This document shows, in pieces, positions 9,057-19,144 of a stretch of 64,000 nt of DNA. The first letter of the stretch is position 1. The number at the start of each line of letters is the position of its first letter. A program made the translations under genes and the position numbers. The stretch lies in IMG/VR virus record IMGVR_UViG_3300027754_005993, positions 32,001 to 96,000 of that record; one strand, given 5' to 3'. Source of the DNA: a virus. A model generated the notes under the pieces. That model had not been told where the DNA came from and did no database searches. It was given only the letters and a program-made list of their open reading frames with translations.

Positions 9057-11447
9057 ATGGCATTTAATACTAGTATTTCAAATTTAACGGGAACTTCTAC
9101 CTTTTACGATTGGTATCAAAAAGAAAATAATGAAATTATTTCAAAATTAAATCTCGCCCAAATTTCAAGTATTACTGGTGGAGATGGTATTCTTGTTGGG
9201 TTAAGCGCATCTAGTGGTCTTGCTACTCTTTCCATTGGTGGAACATCTGGAAATATAGCAGCAGGATTAACTTTTAGTGGTTCAATTTCTTTCTTAGGTG
9301 AAACAGTATTTCCAAATATTTCCTATAAGATTACAGGAGTTACTACGGGAACTTCTGGATATACTTTTGGTAGTGTAGTTAGAATTACATCAACTGGTTA
9401 TACTCTCGCACAGGCAAATGGTGCGGACAGTGCTGAAGTTATAGGTGTGATTTCTTCAATGAAGTCTTCATATTCTGTGGTTTCTCTTTCTGGTAAGATA
9501 GATGGAAACTTTACCACGGTTGCTGGTGGAACTCTATCCCCAGGTTGTGTATATTTCTTGGATGGTCAAACTGCTGGATTCTTGACAACCACAGAACCAA
9601 ATACAATTGGATATGTTTCAAAACCAGTCATGATTGGTATCGGCGAAACAGCAGGAATGATTGTTCAGTATCGTGGAAACTTTTTAAATTCAACATCTTC
9701 TGGATCTGGTCTTTCTGGTTCAAATATCATTTATGTTGCATTTCCAAAAAGTCCAGATCCAAGACTTCTTGGATTTACATTAGGTACTTTCCTCTCATAT
9801 GCTCCACATGTCGCAGGAGCATCTGCATCTGTAAATGGTGCAACATTCTTTAACCAAGTATTAGCAGATACTGGCAGAACTGCATTAAATAAAGGTTGGT
9901 TTATTAGCGGAAGTAAGAACTTTATCAGTAGATTATATACTCCAGGAGCCCCATTCTATAATTTACCATGGGAAGATGATTTTGTTGTTGGAATGATTCA
10001 GGGTATGGTAACAACTGGTAGTGCATTCGTTTATGAAATTGTAACTAAAGGATATTCAACTGTAATTCCTCTTGGAGTTAGTTCACGCAATCCAAACGAT
10101 GGTGTATATTATCTTGCTGGAACCACATATACAGTTGCTGCTCTAGGCGTTACTGGACAACTAACATTAGGTGCTACATCTAGTAATTCTGCATATCAAC
10201 CAGTTTATCAACTTGGTCGTAACTTTACATCTTCAACACGACCTTCAAATTTCTTTGTAGATATTCGTCCACTGATGAATAGTCCAATTACAAGTTCATA
10301 TAGATCCACTGCGGTTCCAGAAACTCTTACCAATGGATCAAATACGACATACAATGGAGATTTCTCTATATGGCAAAGAGATGCTGGAAATAAATCTGGA
10401 GTATATACGACATATGGTGATGTTTACTTTGCCGATGGATGGATTCGTAGACAATCTGGATTTGTATCAACTACTACAAGTTCACAAAATTTACAAAAAC
10501 AAACATTTGCCAAGACAGATACAAGTGTTGAAGGAACTCCGACAAATTATATTGATATTAAATGCTTAGAAAGTCTTGCAAGCACATTAAGCACAACAAC
10601 ATCAAATCCTGTATATTCTATTGGTCATGTTGTTGATGGAATCAATACTTTTAGTAATACTGCAATAACGGTAAGTTTCTATGCCAAGACAGCAGTATTT
10701 GATAACAACTACAAAGTAAATGTGTATTTTGCACGATATGGAAATGGTGCTCTTGTTGAGAAGAATATCATTGGACAGATAACTCCACAATCAAATTGGA
10801 CTAAGCATACACTCAATTATAATGTTCCAGCATATACAGATGTGACAAGTTATTCAAATGATTATGTTGAAATTGGTTTGGATTTGAATCCATTGATTCG
10901 CACTGCGTTTACCAGTTTAGTCGCATCTAGCACAAATGTAACTATTAGTGTTGCTTCAATGTGTGTATATCCAGGAACATTTACTGCTCCTCCACATATG
11001 TTCATGACAACTACAGAGAAATTAAAAGTAGCACAGAAATATTACTACACAACATATTCTGATTCACAGACTGTTGGATCTCAAACAATGTCAAGTCCAA
11101 GTGAACCCGAATTGAATACTTATAGTTTTACAGTACTCCCAAATGCTCAATTTTCTATATTTAAGTTACCAACTAAAATGAGAGCAAATCCAACTGTAAC
11201 TGTATATTCACCATCTAGCGGGACAGCGAATGAAATGTTTAATTATACTTTTGGAAATGACTTAAGAAATGCTGCGGGGTCAAGAGGGTACAATGGATCA
11301 GTTCGTACAGCACCTCTGGGAACACAAACAACATCCACATCATCCGATAATCCCGCAACAAATGTTAGATTGAATGTAAATTCTGGTGCGGTGTTTTACG
11401 ATGTAGTCAATTGTAATTTAGTAGTAGATTCAAGTTATCCAATTTAA
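9057..11447 (+). CDS. Virion fibre/appendage protein
   Basis: N-terminal TFYDWYQKENNEII anchor-like motif; G/S/T-rich; NGDFSIWQR...YFADGW and C-terminal KMRANPTVTVY motifs typical of phage fibre proteins. Confidence 0.6.
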   Translation: MAFNTSISNLTGTSTFYDWYQKENNEIISKLNLAQISSITGGDGILVGLSASSGLATLSIGGTSGNIAAGLTFSGSISFLGETVFPNISYKITGVTTGTSGYTFGSVVRITSTGYTLAQANGADSAEVIGVISSMKSSYSVVSLSGKIDGNFTTVAGGTLSPGCVYFLDGQTAGFLTTTEPNTIGYVSKPVMIGIGETAGMIVQYRGNFLNSTSSGSGLSGSNIIYVAFPKSPDPRLLGFTLGTFLSYAPHVAGASASVNGATFFNQVLADTGRTALNKGWFISGSKNFISRLYTPGAPFYNLPWEDDFVVGMIQGMVTTGSAFVYEIVTKGYSTVIPLGVSSRNPNDGVYYLAGTTYTVAALGVTGQLTLGATSSNSAYQPVYQLGRNFTSSTRPSNFFVDIRPLMNSPITSSYRSTAVPETLTNGSNTTYNGDFSIWQRDAGNKSGVYTTYGDVYFADGWIRRQSGFVSTTTSSQNLQKQTFAKTDTSVEGTPTNYIDIKCLESLASTLSTTTSNPVYSIGHVVDGINTFSNTAITVSFYAKTAVFDNNYKVNVYFARYGNGALVEKNIIGQITPQSNWTKHTLNYNVPAYTDVTSYSNDYVEIGLDLNPLIRTAFTSLVASSTNVTISVASMCVYPGTFTAPPHMFMTTTEKLKVAQKYYYTTYSDSQTVGSQTMSSPSEPELNTYSFTVLPNAQFSIFKLPTKMRANPTVTVYSPSSGTANEMFNYTFGNDLRNAAGSRGYNGSVRTAPLGTQTTSTSSDNPATNVRLNVNSGAVFYDVVNCNLVVDSSYPI

Positions 11448-11458
11448 TGGAGAAATAA

Positions 11459-12583
11459 ATGGCAAGTTGTAGCAACAGTTCAAATATCCAATCGTCATTG
11501 ACTTCCCTAAGTGTTGTTCAGGGGGGATCGCGACTAGTTACTGACATCACACGAATTTCTGGTCTTACAATTGGAAATGTGATTCGTTATGATGTTGCAA
11601 CTACTGGGTTTACTGCTTCTAAGGCGAATGATGCTCCAAGTTCAGAAGTATTTGGTGTAATTGAATCTCAGAATGTTTCCACAAATACATTTAGTGTTGT
11701 CATATATGGTTCAATTAATCTTGGAGCATCTTATCTCGCAGATATGGGAAGCGGTGGGGGATCTGGTGGAAATGACATTTACTTCGTAAGTGGAATTACT
11801 GCTGGAACTCTTCAAAATCTTGCACCCACAAGTTTGAATCATATAATCAAACCAGTATATCAAGCAGCACCACATGGATCATTTTCTGGAATTGTAATGA
11901 ATTATCTTGGATATAAGATAGGTGGAGATATAGAATCTGTTCTTGAAGATACAGAATTGGGAAATATTCTAATAGTTCTTGGCACAAATGAATTTACAGA
12001 AGGTTATGTTGATGCTTCAATTTCACACGAACTTGCAATAGCAGATTATGGCGAGTTTTATTCTAAATTTGGAACACAATACGGATATGTTGAAAAGATA
12101 GTTGTTAATGAAGCTATAGGTGGTACTATACAAGTTGGAATGAAAGCAAGACAACCATCATCTGGATATGTGGGAACTATTGTAAGAACAGATAGTGCAA
12201 ATGCAACTTTATATCTTTATAAATCACCAACTTCAAGTCTAGCAAGCACTTCTAAAAATTTGATTGTTGATACAAGCAGTAATACAACTCAGACATTCAC
12301 TATCGTTTCTACAGAGATATATGCTGTACAATCGCCAGTGATTACTTTATCACAACCGTTGAATATTAGTGGTAAAGATGGAACAAATGTTGTAACCCAA
12401 AAGGTAAATACTGCAATAAAGGTAAAACCCCAGGGAATAAAAGTAAATGTTCCAAGGTCAGTGACAGTCACATCTTTAACGGCATCTAATATTGCTCTTG
12501 GCATTACATGGGCAGATGTTGGAACTACATTAACAAGTTATGATACAAGATTAAGAGCACTTGAGGCAATAGTTAAACCATAA
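11459..12583 (+). CDS. Virion structural protein, paralogous domain shared with 9057..11447
   Basis: GNVIRY...ASKANDAPSSEVFGVI...YFVSGITAG.L...P....IIKPV parallels GSVVRI...AQANGADSAEVIGVI...YFLDGQTAG.L...P....VSKPV; ends in a short coiled coil (RLRALE). Confidence 0.6.
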   Translation: MASCSNSSNIQSSLTSLSVVQGGSRLVTDITRISGLTIGNVIRYDVATTGFTASKANDAPSSEVFGVIESQNVSTNTFSVVIYGSINLGASYLADMGSGGGSGGNDIYFVSGITAGTLQNLAPTSLNHIIKPVYQAAPHGSFSGIVMNYLGYKIGGDIESVLEDTELGNILIVLGTNEFTEGYVDASISHELAIADYGEFYSKFGTQYGYVEKIVVNEAIGGTIQVGMKARQPSSGYVGTIVRTDSANATLYLYKSPTSSLASTSKNLIVDTSSNTTQTFTIVSTEIYAVQSPVITLSQPLNISGKDGTNVVTQKVNTAIKVKPQGIKVNVPRSVTVTSLTASNIALGITWADVGTTLTSYDTRLRALEAIVKP

Positions 12584-15500
12584 TGTTTTACGGAAGCAGT
12601 CCATATCTTCAACGAAAACTTCTAGGAATTCTTGGAGCAACTGGTGCTACTGGAGCAACTGGTGCTACTGGCGCAACTGGTGCTACTGGTTCTCAAGGAT
12701 CAATTGGAAATACTGGTCCTGGTTTAACAGGAATGACTTATTCAAACGGAGCAATAATCCACACATATACTGATGGATCAAGCATTAGTGTTGAATCTCC
12801 AAATGGAATACAAGGATCTGATGGTGATTATTATATCTTTGCTGATGGTGAGAATATTGTAGCAGGAACTCCAGGAATATTTTCTGGATTATCTTTGAAT
12901 ACATCTCTACCTCAAGATAGAGATGGTATCTTCACAATATCAAGATTGAATATTCGTGGAATAACAACAAGTTCACAAAATAGTAATCTTACATTAATTG
13001 GAATTAGTAGTTCTGTAGAATCCAGGATGATAAATGTTCAATATAATTTATCAGGTCTTCCATATCTTGGATTGTGTGGTGGATCGGAAGGACAACTGGT
13101 TGTATTTCAGAGTGGAACCAGATTTGTTGGATTGACTGGCACAAAGTATAATATAGATGCAAAAACGGTTGACCTACAATCTCTAAATTATGGAGAAAGA
13201 GTTCAATTTGTAAGACCAATACTAAAAACATTATCCTCAACAACAGGAACAGATCAAAGGTATTTCTACTGGCCAATAGATTGCCAAAATGCCAATACAT
13301 TTGTTTTAAATTCGTTTCAAGATCAACTTATAGTTGGAACTAAAACAGTTGCTCAGGTAGTTTTAATTAAGAATCCACCAACTGCTAATATAGCAAAAGC
13401 AATCACTATAGTTGTACCATCAGGAATCACTGGTGGATTGGTAACTAAATTTGCTGTTGCCGATGATGTATCTGGATTTACACTAAACGATGCCGATTTC
13501 TCTGTATCTTGGCCATTGACATATCCTCCATGCTTCACTAGTGGAATAGATGTGATAAATTCTGTACATTTTGATGGAATTTGGTATTCTAATTATGGAC
13601 TATACAATTCAGGAACAAGTTCTGTTTCATGGAATACATCATATAGCGATTGCCCAGGATCATATAATATACCAGATCCAGACTATCCAGCCTATGATCC
13701 AGTTGGTCTTTGCTGTGTTGGTTGTAGTGGTGCATCCGCTTCATTTGTTGGCACACAATCATCTTGTCAATTGTTAATATCTCAAGGATTGGCACAATTC
13801 TTTGAAGGAAAAGATGGAACATATAGTGGATGCACATTCAATGATGCTCCTGTTGGAATTTGTTGTTATAAAAATGGAAATAATTCCACAATCAAACATC
13901 CAAATCTACTTAGATTGTGTGATTGTTTAAGACTGTCTAGAAATTCAAATGAACAACCATGGTCATATTGGCAACAAATAGATAGTTGTTGCAAGAATAT
14001 AAATTGTGTAGATTGTGATGCTGCGTTTAACGATACTGGTGCTTGCTGCAATGGTGTTGGTGGATGTGAAAACAATACATCTCGCGCTTCGTGTGCTGAC
14101 AGTGGAAAATATTGGCAAGGAAAAGGAACAGTGTGTCAATATTTTCCACCTAATCCACCAGATTTTCCTGCACCTATAGAGATCTGTAAAACAGGAACTG
14201 CTGGGTGTTGTGTGACAGGAACATGCTCAGATGTTTCTAGACAATCTTCTTGCTCTGGATTATATTATGGATGTGGTCATACATGCGGATCATTTGATTG
14301 CGTGGATAATCCACAAGTTATATGTCCTTCATGTCTTGATTCAAATCAAATATTCCAAGTTAAAAAATATAATTCTACTGGCAGTTTTATTGGATTTACT
14401 GAAGTCAAAATTGGTGATTTCTTTGCAGGTGGAATTGTTGCTGGTGTATTTAGTCCAAATGGAGCAACATGCTTAGGAAATAGATCTGCATTTGGTGGAT
14501 TGTATGATGGATTACCTCTTGGTTCTTATACCGATGATGCGCTTAGAAATTCAATCACTGGACCATTAGTATTTAATGAATTAAATTCTGGAACTGAAAA
14601 AACATCAAGCGCATATAGAAGTGTGTATGATCCAATGGGATATGGATTTACTTTGCCAGAAGCACATCAATCCAACTGCGATTCATGGTTAATGATTGTT
14701 TCTCCGTGGCCTGCTAGAATACGAGAAGATTGGGATATAACTACTCATCAATTCACAGCAACACCATTTGTAGATTCTACTGTTTCACCAGATACAAGTA
14801 TATTGCCAGCTGCAGACTTCGTACTAAATGAAATTGGCGAAAATCTAGTATACTCCAGAATAATTAATTTATTCACATGGAGTCATGGTGGAACATCACA
14901 TTGCTTCACACTCGATGATAATTTAAATTCAATTTTTGATGGACAAGTATTATCTGAATCATGTGCATTCATTGGAACAGGGATTCGATCCGATGGTGCA
15001 TATGGAACATTGCCTATACTAAAAAATGGAACTATGGGCAATACTTATTGGGGAAATGCTACAAGTTTTGATACATGTCCAGATGTAAATCTGTGTGTTG
15101 ATTGTGAAGATTCCCCATTAGCAAGAACTAGTTTAGGAAGACCTTTCATATTTACCAGAAATACTGGATGGTGGTCAAGAAATTGGGGTCTATACAATTC
15201 TTGTAGATTGTTCGGTTCTGATGTTGCTGAATATTATCTCAGATCTGGAAATGGTATTGGTGGGCCACAATTTGCCAATCTTAAAACAATATTTGGTGCT
15301 ACAGGATATGCTGGATTTACAGCAAATTTCTTTCATACAGGAACACCTACAGCAAAGACAACTATTGCTGAAGGAACTAGCGTATATAACAGATATTATT
15401 ATTCTTCAGAACAAATGAAATCTGAAGGATATCCACAAGTATCAAGATGGTATGTTCCCAGCATAGACGAACTTTCATTCTTAGCAAAACAATGCGTAGA

Positions 15501-16065
15501 TATAAATCTTCAAGAAAAACTATACAATTATGGAATAACTTATGGAATTCCTATTGGAAGTTCTTCCATAGGAGCAAATGGATATGTTTGGTCATCTACT
15601 GGAACATTTGATGAAGGTGTCACACGACAATACATTCAAGCAACTGGTGGATCGCCATGGCCAAATTCTGGAGAAAATGGATCAGAGGTAATATTACCAT
15701 CCGATTCAAGATATGGGCAGATATTAACAAACCAATTTACCAAGGCGTGGGTATTGAAATTTCCAGAACATGATATTGACACACAATTACCACCATCTCC
15801 AAATTCGTTTAAAGTTAAAAAAGCACACGACTTTGACGATAAATATGAATTGAGATTGGTAAGACTTATTCGTTGTGATCAAAGATATTATGATAATAAT
15901 TCACCTGAATTTTTAAGAAATAGAACATGGATGGTTCCCAGACTAACTGATGCTGCGGTATGCAATGGAACAAATCAAGAGATAGATGGAATCAATCCGC
16001 AGTACAGTTCTGCCAATTTTACTCTAGATCCACAGACATCCACTATATTCAGAAACGCAACATAA
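12583..16065 (+). CDS. Cys-rich fibre protein: collagen-like GAT neck, GxCC repeats, split DUF1566/Lcl-like C-terminal domain
   Basis: (GAT)n near the N-terminus; GLCC, GICC, GACC, AGCC repeats; IGDFFAGGIVAGVF ... WYVPSIDEL ... VWSST ... LRLVR. Confidence 0.65.
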   Translation: MFYGSSPYLQRKLLGILGATGATGATGATGATGATGSQGSIGNTGPGLTGMTYSNGAIIHTYTDGSSISVESPNGIQGSDGDYYIFADGENIVAGTPGIFSGLSLNTSLPQDRDGIFTISRLNIRGITTSSQNSNLTLIGISSSVESRMINVQYNLSGLPYLGLCGGSEGQLVVFQSGTRFVGLTGTKYNIDAKTVDLQSLNYGERVQFVRPILKTLSSTTGTDQRYFYWPIDCQNANTFVLNSFQDQLIVGTKTVAQVVLIKNPPTANIAKAITIVVPSGITGGLVTKFAVADDVSGFTLNDADFSVSWPLTYPPCFTSGIDVINSVHFDGIWYSNYGLYNSGTSSVSWNTSYSDCPGSYNIPDPDYPAYDPVGLCCVGCSGASASFVGTQSSCQLLISQGLAQFFEGKDGTYSGCTFNDAPVGICCYKNGNNSTIKHPNLLRLCDCLRLSRNSNEQPWSYWQQIDSCCKNINCVDCDAAFNDTGACCNGVGGCENNTSRASCADSGKYWQGKGTVCQYFPPNPPDFPAPIEICKTGTAGCCVTGTCSDVSRQSSCSGLYYGCGHTCGSFDCVDNPQVICPSCLDSNQIFQVKKYNSTGSFIGFTEVKIGDFFAGGIVAGVFSPNGATCLGNRSAFGGLYDGLPLGSYTDDALRNSITGPLVFNELNSGTEKTSSAYRSVYDPMGYGFTLPEAHQSNCDSWLMIVSPWPARIREDWDITTHQFTATPFVDSTVSPDTSILPAADFVLNEIGENLVYSRIINLFTWSHGGTSHCFTLDDNLNSIFDGQVLSESCAFIGTGIRSDGAYGTLPILKNGTMGNTYWGNATSFDTCPDVNLCVDCEDSPLARTSLGRPFIFTRNTGWWSRNWGLYNSCRLFGSDVAEYYLRSGNGIGGPQFANLKTIFGATGYAGFTANFFHTGTPTAKTTIAEGTSVYNRYYYSSEQMKSEGYPQVSRWYVPSIDELSFLAKQCVDINLQEKLYNYGITYGIPIGSSSIGANGYVWSSTGTFDEGVTRQYIQATGGSPWPNSGENGSEVILPSDSRYGQILTNQFTKAWVLKFPEHDIDTQLPPSPNSFKVKKAHDFDDKYELRLVRLIRCDQRYYDNNSPEFLRNRTWMVPRLTDAAVCNGTNQEIDGINPQYSSANFTLDPQTSTIFRNAT
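12634..12723 (+). repeat. Collagen-like (Gly-Ala-Thr)n coding repeat
   Basis: ggagcaactggtgctact repeated. Confidence 0.9.
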
Positions 16066-16066
16066 T

Positions 16067-19000
16067 ATGATTTACGGGTCATCCAGAATTGTACAAGTAG
16101 TATCGGGAAATGTTCCAGGGGCAACTCAAGGACCAACTGGTCCTACTGGGTTTACTGGTCCTACTGGTCCTACAGGGTCAACTGGGTCTACTGGAGTTCA
16201 AGGACCAATTGGTGCGGGAATTACTGGAGCAACTGCGATAGGTTCCAATGTTGTATTCTTTGGTAATGGACTCTCATTCTCATTTTTCGCCAGAGGAAAT
16301 ACTGGAGTTTCAACGGGAGATGAATATTATAAAGTGAACGGTTTAGGTGTCAATACCGAAAACAAATCAACAAACATAATATACACATCTCAAGAAGATT
16401 ATTATCCAGCAAATAATGATATTGTTAATTTTAAATCATTTAGACTATCTGGTGGACTTGGTGCGACATTTGTTGGAATGAGTGCGGATGCTGGAACTGT
16501 ATTTTTGTTTGGAGCAACGGTTTCAGATTCTCAGATACCATTTGGAAATACAGGAGAAATTCTGTATATAAACAGCAATGCTGGATTTGGAACAGGAACA
16601 CTAAAAGCAGCTGCTGCTCCAAATACAAGTTTCACTCCAAGCACCCAACAATTAATAATTGATCAAGTATTTTCAAGAGAATCTATATTTAAAAATAAAA
16701 ACTGGTCAACAATTGGAACTATTCCATTTAGATTCAACAATAGTATTCCATTTTCATATTATGGTGGATTGACTACTGATACATTTGGTAAATCTGTTGT
16801 AGAAAATAATATTTTACCAAAATTTATATTTGAAGTTGGTTCCAGATATAAACTCGCAAGTCCAGTTGATAGTATCTCGCTTGGTCAGAAAATATTCTTA
16901 GGATTTACCAGTGGATCTACATTTGATACAATCACTTTCATTAATTCCACAGGAATATCATACACCAATACATATCTTCCACAAAATGTGACTAGAGATA
17001 AAATAGGATCTTGTTGTTACTGTAAGACGAATGTGACAGGTCAGGTTTGTTTAGATTATGTTTCTCAAGATTATTGCAATGCTATTTCTGGTGTATTTGG
17101 AGCAAGTGCTTGTGTTGAGAGATCCACAAGTTCAGATTGCTATTCTGAAGGTGCTTGTTGTGTATATGATCCAGAAACAGAAAGCGTTCGTTGCCTCAAC
17201 ACAACCGCTGCGCGATGTGAACAGTTTGGTGGAGTATTCAATGAAGCAAAGACATGTAGTTCTGTATGGGTAAATGGGCAATTATTCACATGTCCAACAA
17301 ATTTATGTAATAGTGGTGGAGCACAAATAGGAAAATGCTGTGTTAATGGAAGATGTTACAATCTATCTAGCGGAGATTGTGCGTCTATTGCAGGATCTGT
17401 ATTTGTTGCTGGACAATTATGCACATCTGAAGAAGGTGATTCTGTTTGTTGTTCTGTAAGTTATGATCTAAAGGGTGCTTGCTGCACGGGTAGCAATTGT
17501 ATAGATGATGTTCTGCCTCAAAATTGCAATGGAATCTATCAAGGTGCTGGAACAAAATGTAAAGAGGTCAATTGCTGCGGGTATTCATTCTCCGATGATT
17601 ATTTCAAGGGAGCATCTGGAACTAAAAATGCATGTAAAGCATTAGGAGCAGATCAAATTTATTCGTGTCTTCAACCAGGAGATAAACTTGGTGGTGGATA
17701 TTTTGTAGGATTCGTAGGTATGCCAAATCCTTGCGATTCATTCCTTTCGCCATCCTTGGCATTTGGTGAACCACTTGAATGTATGATCTATCCAAGAGGT
17801 AGATTGGAAAATGTTCCAAGTTGGTATCTCAAGACATGCAAGGGAATAACAGGAAATGATAATACAGGATCTATTGAATACTTTGCACGAACATATCCAA
17901 AGATTCTTCCAAAGAATGCATTGGATTCTCGCTGTATGCTCAAGGCAGGAGCACCATTTGTTCAACAAGCATATGCATTGAATGGAGTTGTTTGGCCATC
18001 AGAATTGATGTTTGAGGGTGGAACAAATTATTCCGCAAATCGTGGAGCATTCTCGTATTCATTAGTTGGTTCAGGTCTAGCAGTAGAATACTTAGATCAG
18101 AATAATGAAACATTATACAAATATCTCTCACAAAGAGTCTATGGAGAATCAGATATTCATATTCTTTGGGCATTGATAATTGGACCAGAGGATGTTGAAG
18201 TTTCTACAACACCAAATGGAACAGATGGTGGATCTAGACTTCTCAGTTGGGGAATGATGCAAGGAGCACATAAACCTGGAGTGACTGGTGTTCCATTGGA
18301 TATAGTGCTGGAAGAAATTCCAACCTATCCAGTAGATGGATTACTCAATACAAGAATTCACGATTCGTCTTCAAAGAATAAACCAGAATATTGGTTCAGA
18401 GGAACTGGAACTACAGATGCAAAAGCATATATGCGCTTCTCATTTGGAAATGGTCCAGCATGGACATCAAGTGTTAGAGAATCTCAAATTACAACAAACA
18501 TAAATTCATTTAAAGAAGCATATACTGAAATGTGGAATAATAAAAATCCACTATCCTCTGCTATAAGACAAATTTCTAATATAAATGAATCTGGTCTTTA
18601 TGGACATAATGATTGGTACATTCCTAGCATCATTGAATTGAACTACATCTACAATAATCTTCCACAACTAAATGCCGCATTTGCGGTCAATGGCGATCAA
18701 CTATTGTCGGGAAGCGAATATTGGAGCTCAACAAGTGTTACTCGTCTCAAGAGTTGGAGTCCTTTTGTTCCTCTTGATAAAGATCAATATGTTTTAGAAA
18801 ATATTGATCCCCAAATAGAACCATATCTTTCTGACAATAGGTTAACAAGTAATAATATTAATTTCTTCGCCAATGAAGATGAAGCATATAAATTCACAAT
18901 GGCAGTTGCTAATGGACAGAAAATGCTCACGCAGGTATTTGATGGCAATTCTACTACTGAAGGTATGATCAAATCCCAAAATAGAAATGCTAGAGTTGCT

Positions 19001-19144
19001 AATCTAAGACCAGTTAGACGAATTCCTTTAGTGGTTACTTGTAATAATTTCTACTATAGTGCATCTATTCTAAATAATTATTGGTCATCAGGATCTACAG
19101 GATGTGCGTCTTGTCTTGACATTGTAGAAGGAATGTGTACATGA
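16067..19144 (+). CDS. Cys-rich fibre protein paralog: GPT collagen neck, GxCC repeats, split DUF1566/Lcl-like domain
   Basis: MIYGSS start like MFYGSS of the previous gene; GSCC/GACC/GKCC repeats; GDKLGGGYFVGF ... DWYIPSIIEL ... YWSSTS ... LRPVRR. Confidence 0.65.
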   Translation: MIYGSSRIVQVVSGNVPGATQGPTGPTGFTGPTGPTGSTGSTGVQGPIGAGITGATAIGSNVVFFGNGLSFSFFARGNTGVSTGDEYYKVNGLGVNTENKSTNIIYTSQEDYYPANNDIVNFKSFRLSGGLGATFVGMSADAGTVFLFGATVSDSQIPFGNTGEILYINSNAGFGTGTLKAAAAPNTSFTPSTQQLIIDQVFSRESIFKNKNWSTIGTIPFRFNNSIPFSYYGGLTTDTFGKSVVENNILPKFIFEVGSRYKLASPVDSISLGQKIFLGFTSGSTFDTITFINSTGISYTNTYLPQNVTRDKIGSCCYCKTNVTGQVCLDYVSQDYCNAISGVFGASACVERSTSSDCYSEGACCVYDPETESVRCLNTTAARCEQFGGVFNEAKTCSSVWVNGQLFTCPTNLCNSGGAQIGKCCVNGRCYNLSSGDCASIAGSVFVAGQLCTSEEGDSVCCSVSYDLKGACCTGSNCIDDVLPQNCNGIYQGAGTKCKEVNCCGYSFSDDYFKGASGTKNACKALGADQIYSCLQPGDKLGGGYFVGFVGMPNPCDSFLSPSLAFGEPLECMIYPRGRLENVPSWYLKTCKGITGNDNTGSIEYFARTYPKILPKNALDSRCMLKAGAPFVQQAYALNGVVWPSELMFEGGTNYSANRGAFSYSLVGSGLAVEYLDQNNETLYKYLSQRVYGESDIHILWALIIGPEDVEVSTTPNGTDGGSRLLSWGMMQGAHKPGVTGVPLDIVLEEIPTYPVDGLLNTRIHDSSSKNKPEYWFRGTGTTDAKAYMRFSFGNGPAWTSSVRESQITTNINSFKEAYTEMWNNKNPLSSAIRQISNINESGLYGHNDWYIPSIIELNYIYNNLPQLNAAFAVNGDQLLSGSEYWSSTSVTRLKSWSPFVPLDKDQYVLENIDPQIEPYLSDNRLTSNNINFFANEDEAYKFTMAVANGQKMLTQVFDGNSTTEGMIKSQNRNARVANLRPVRRIPLVVTCNNFYYSASILNNYWSSGSTGCASCLDIVEGMCT

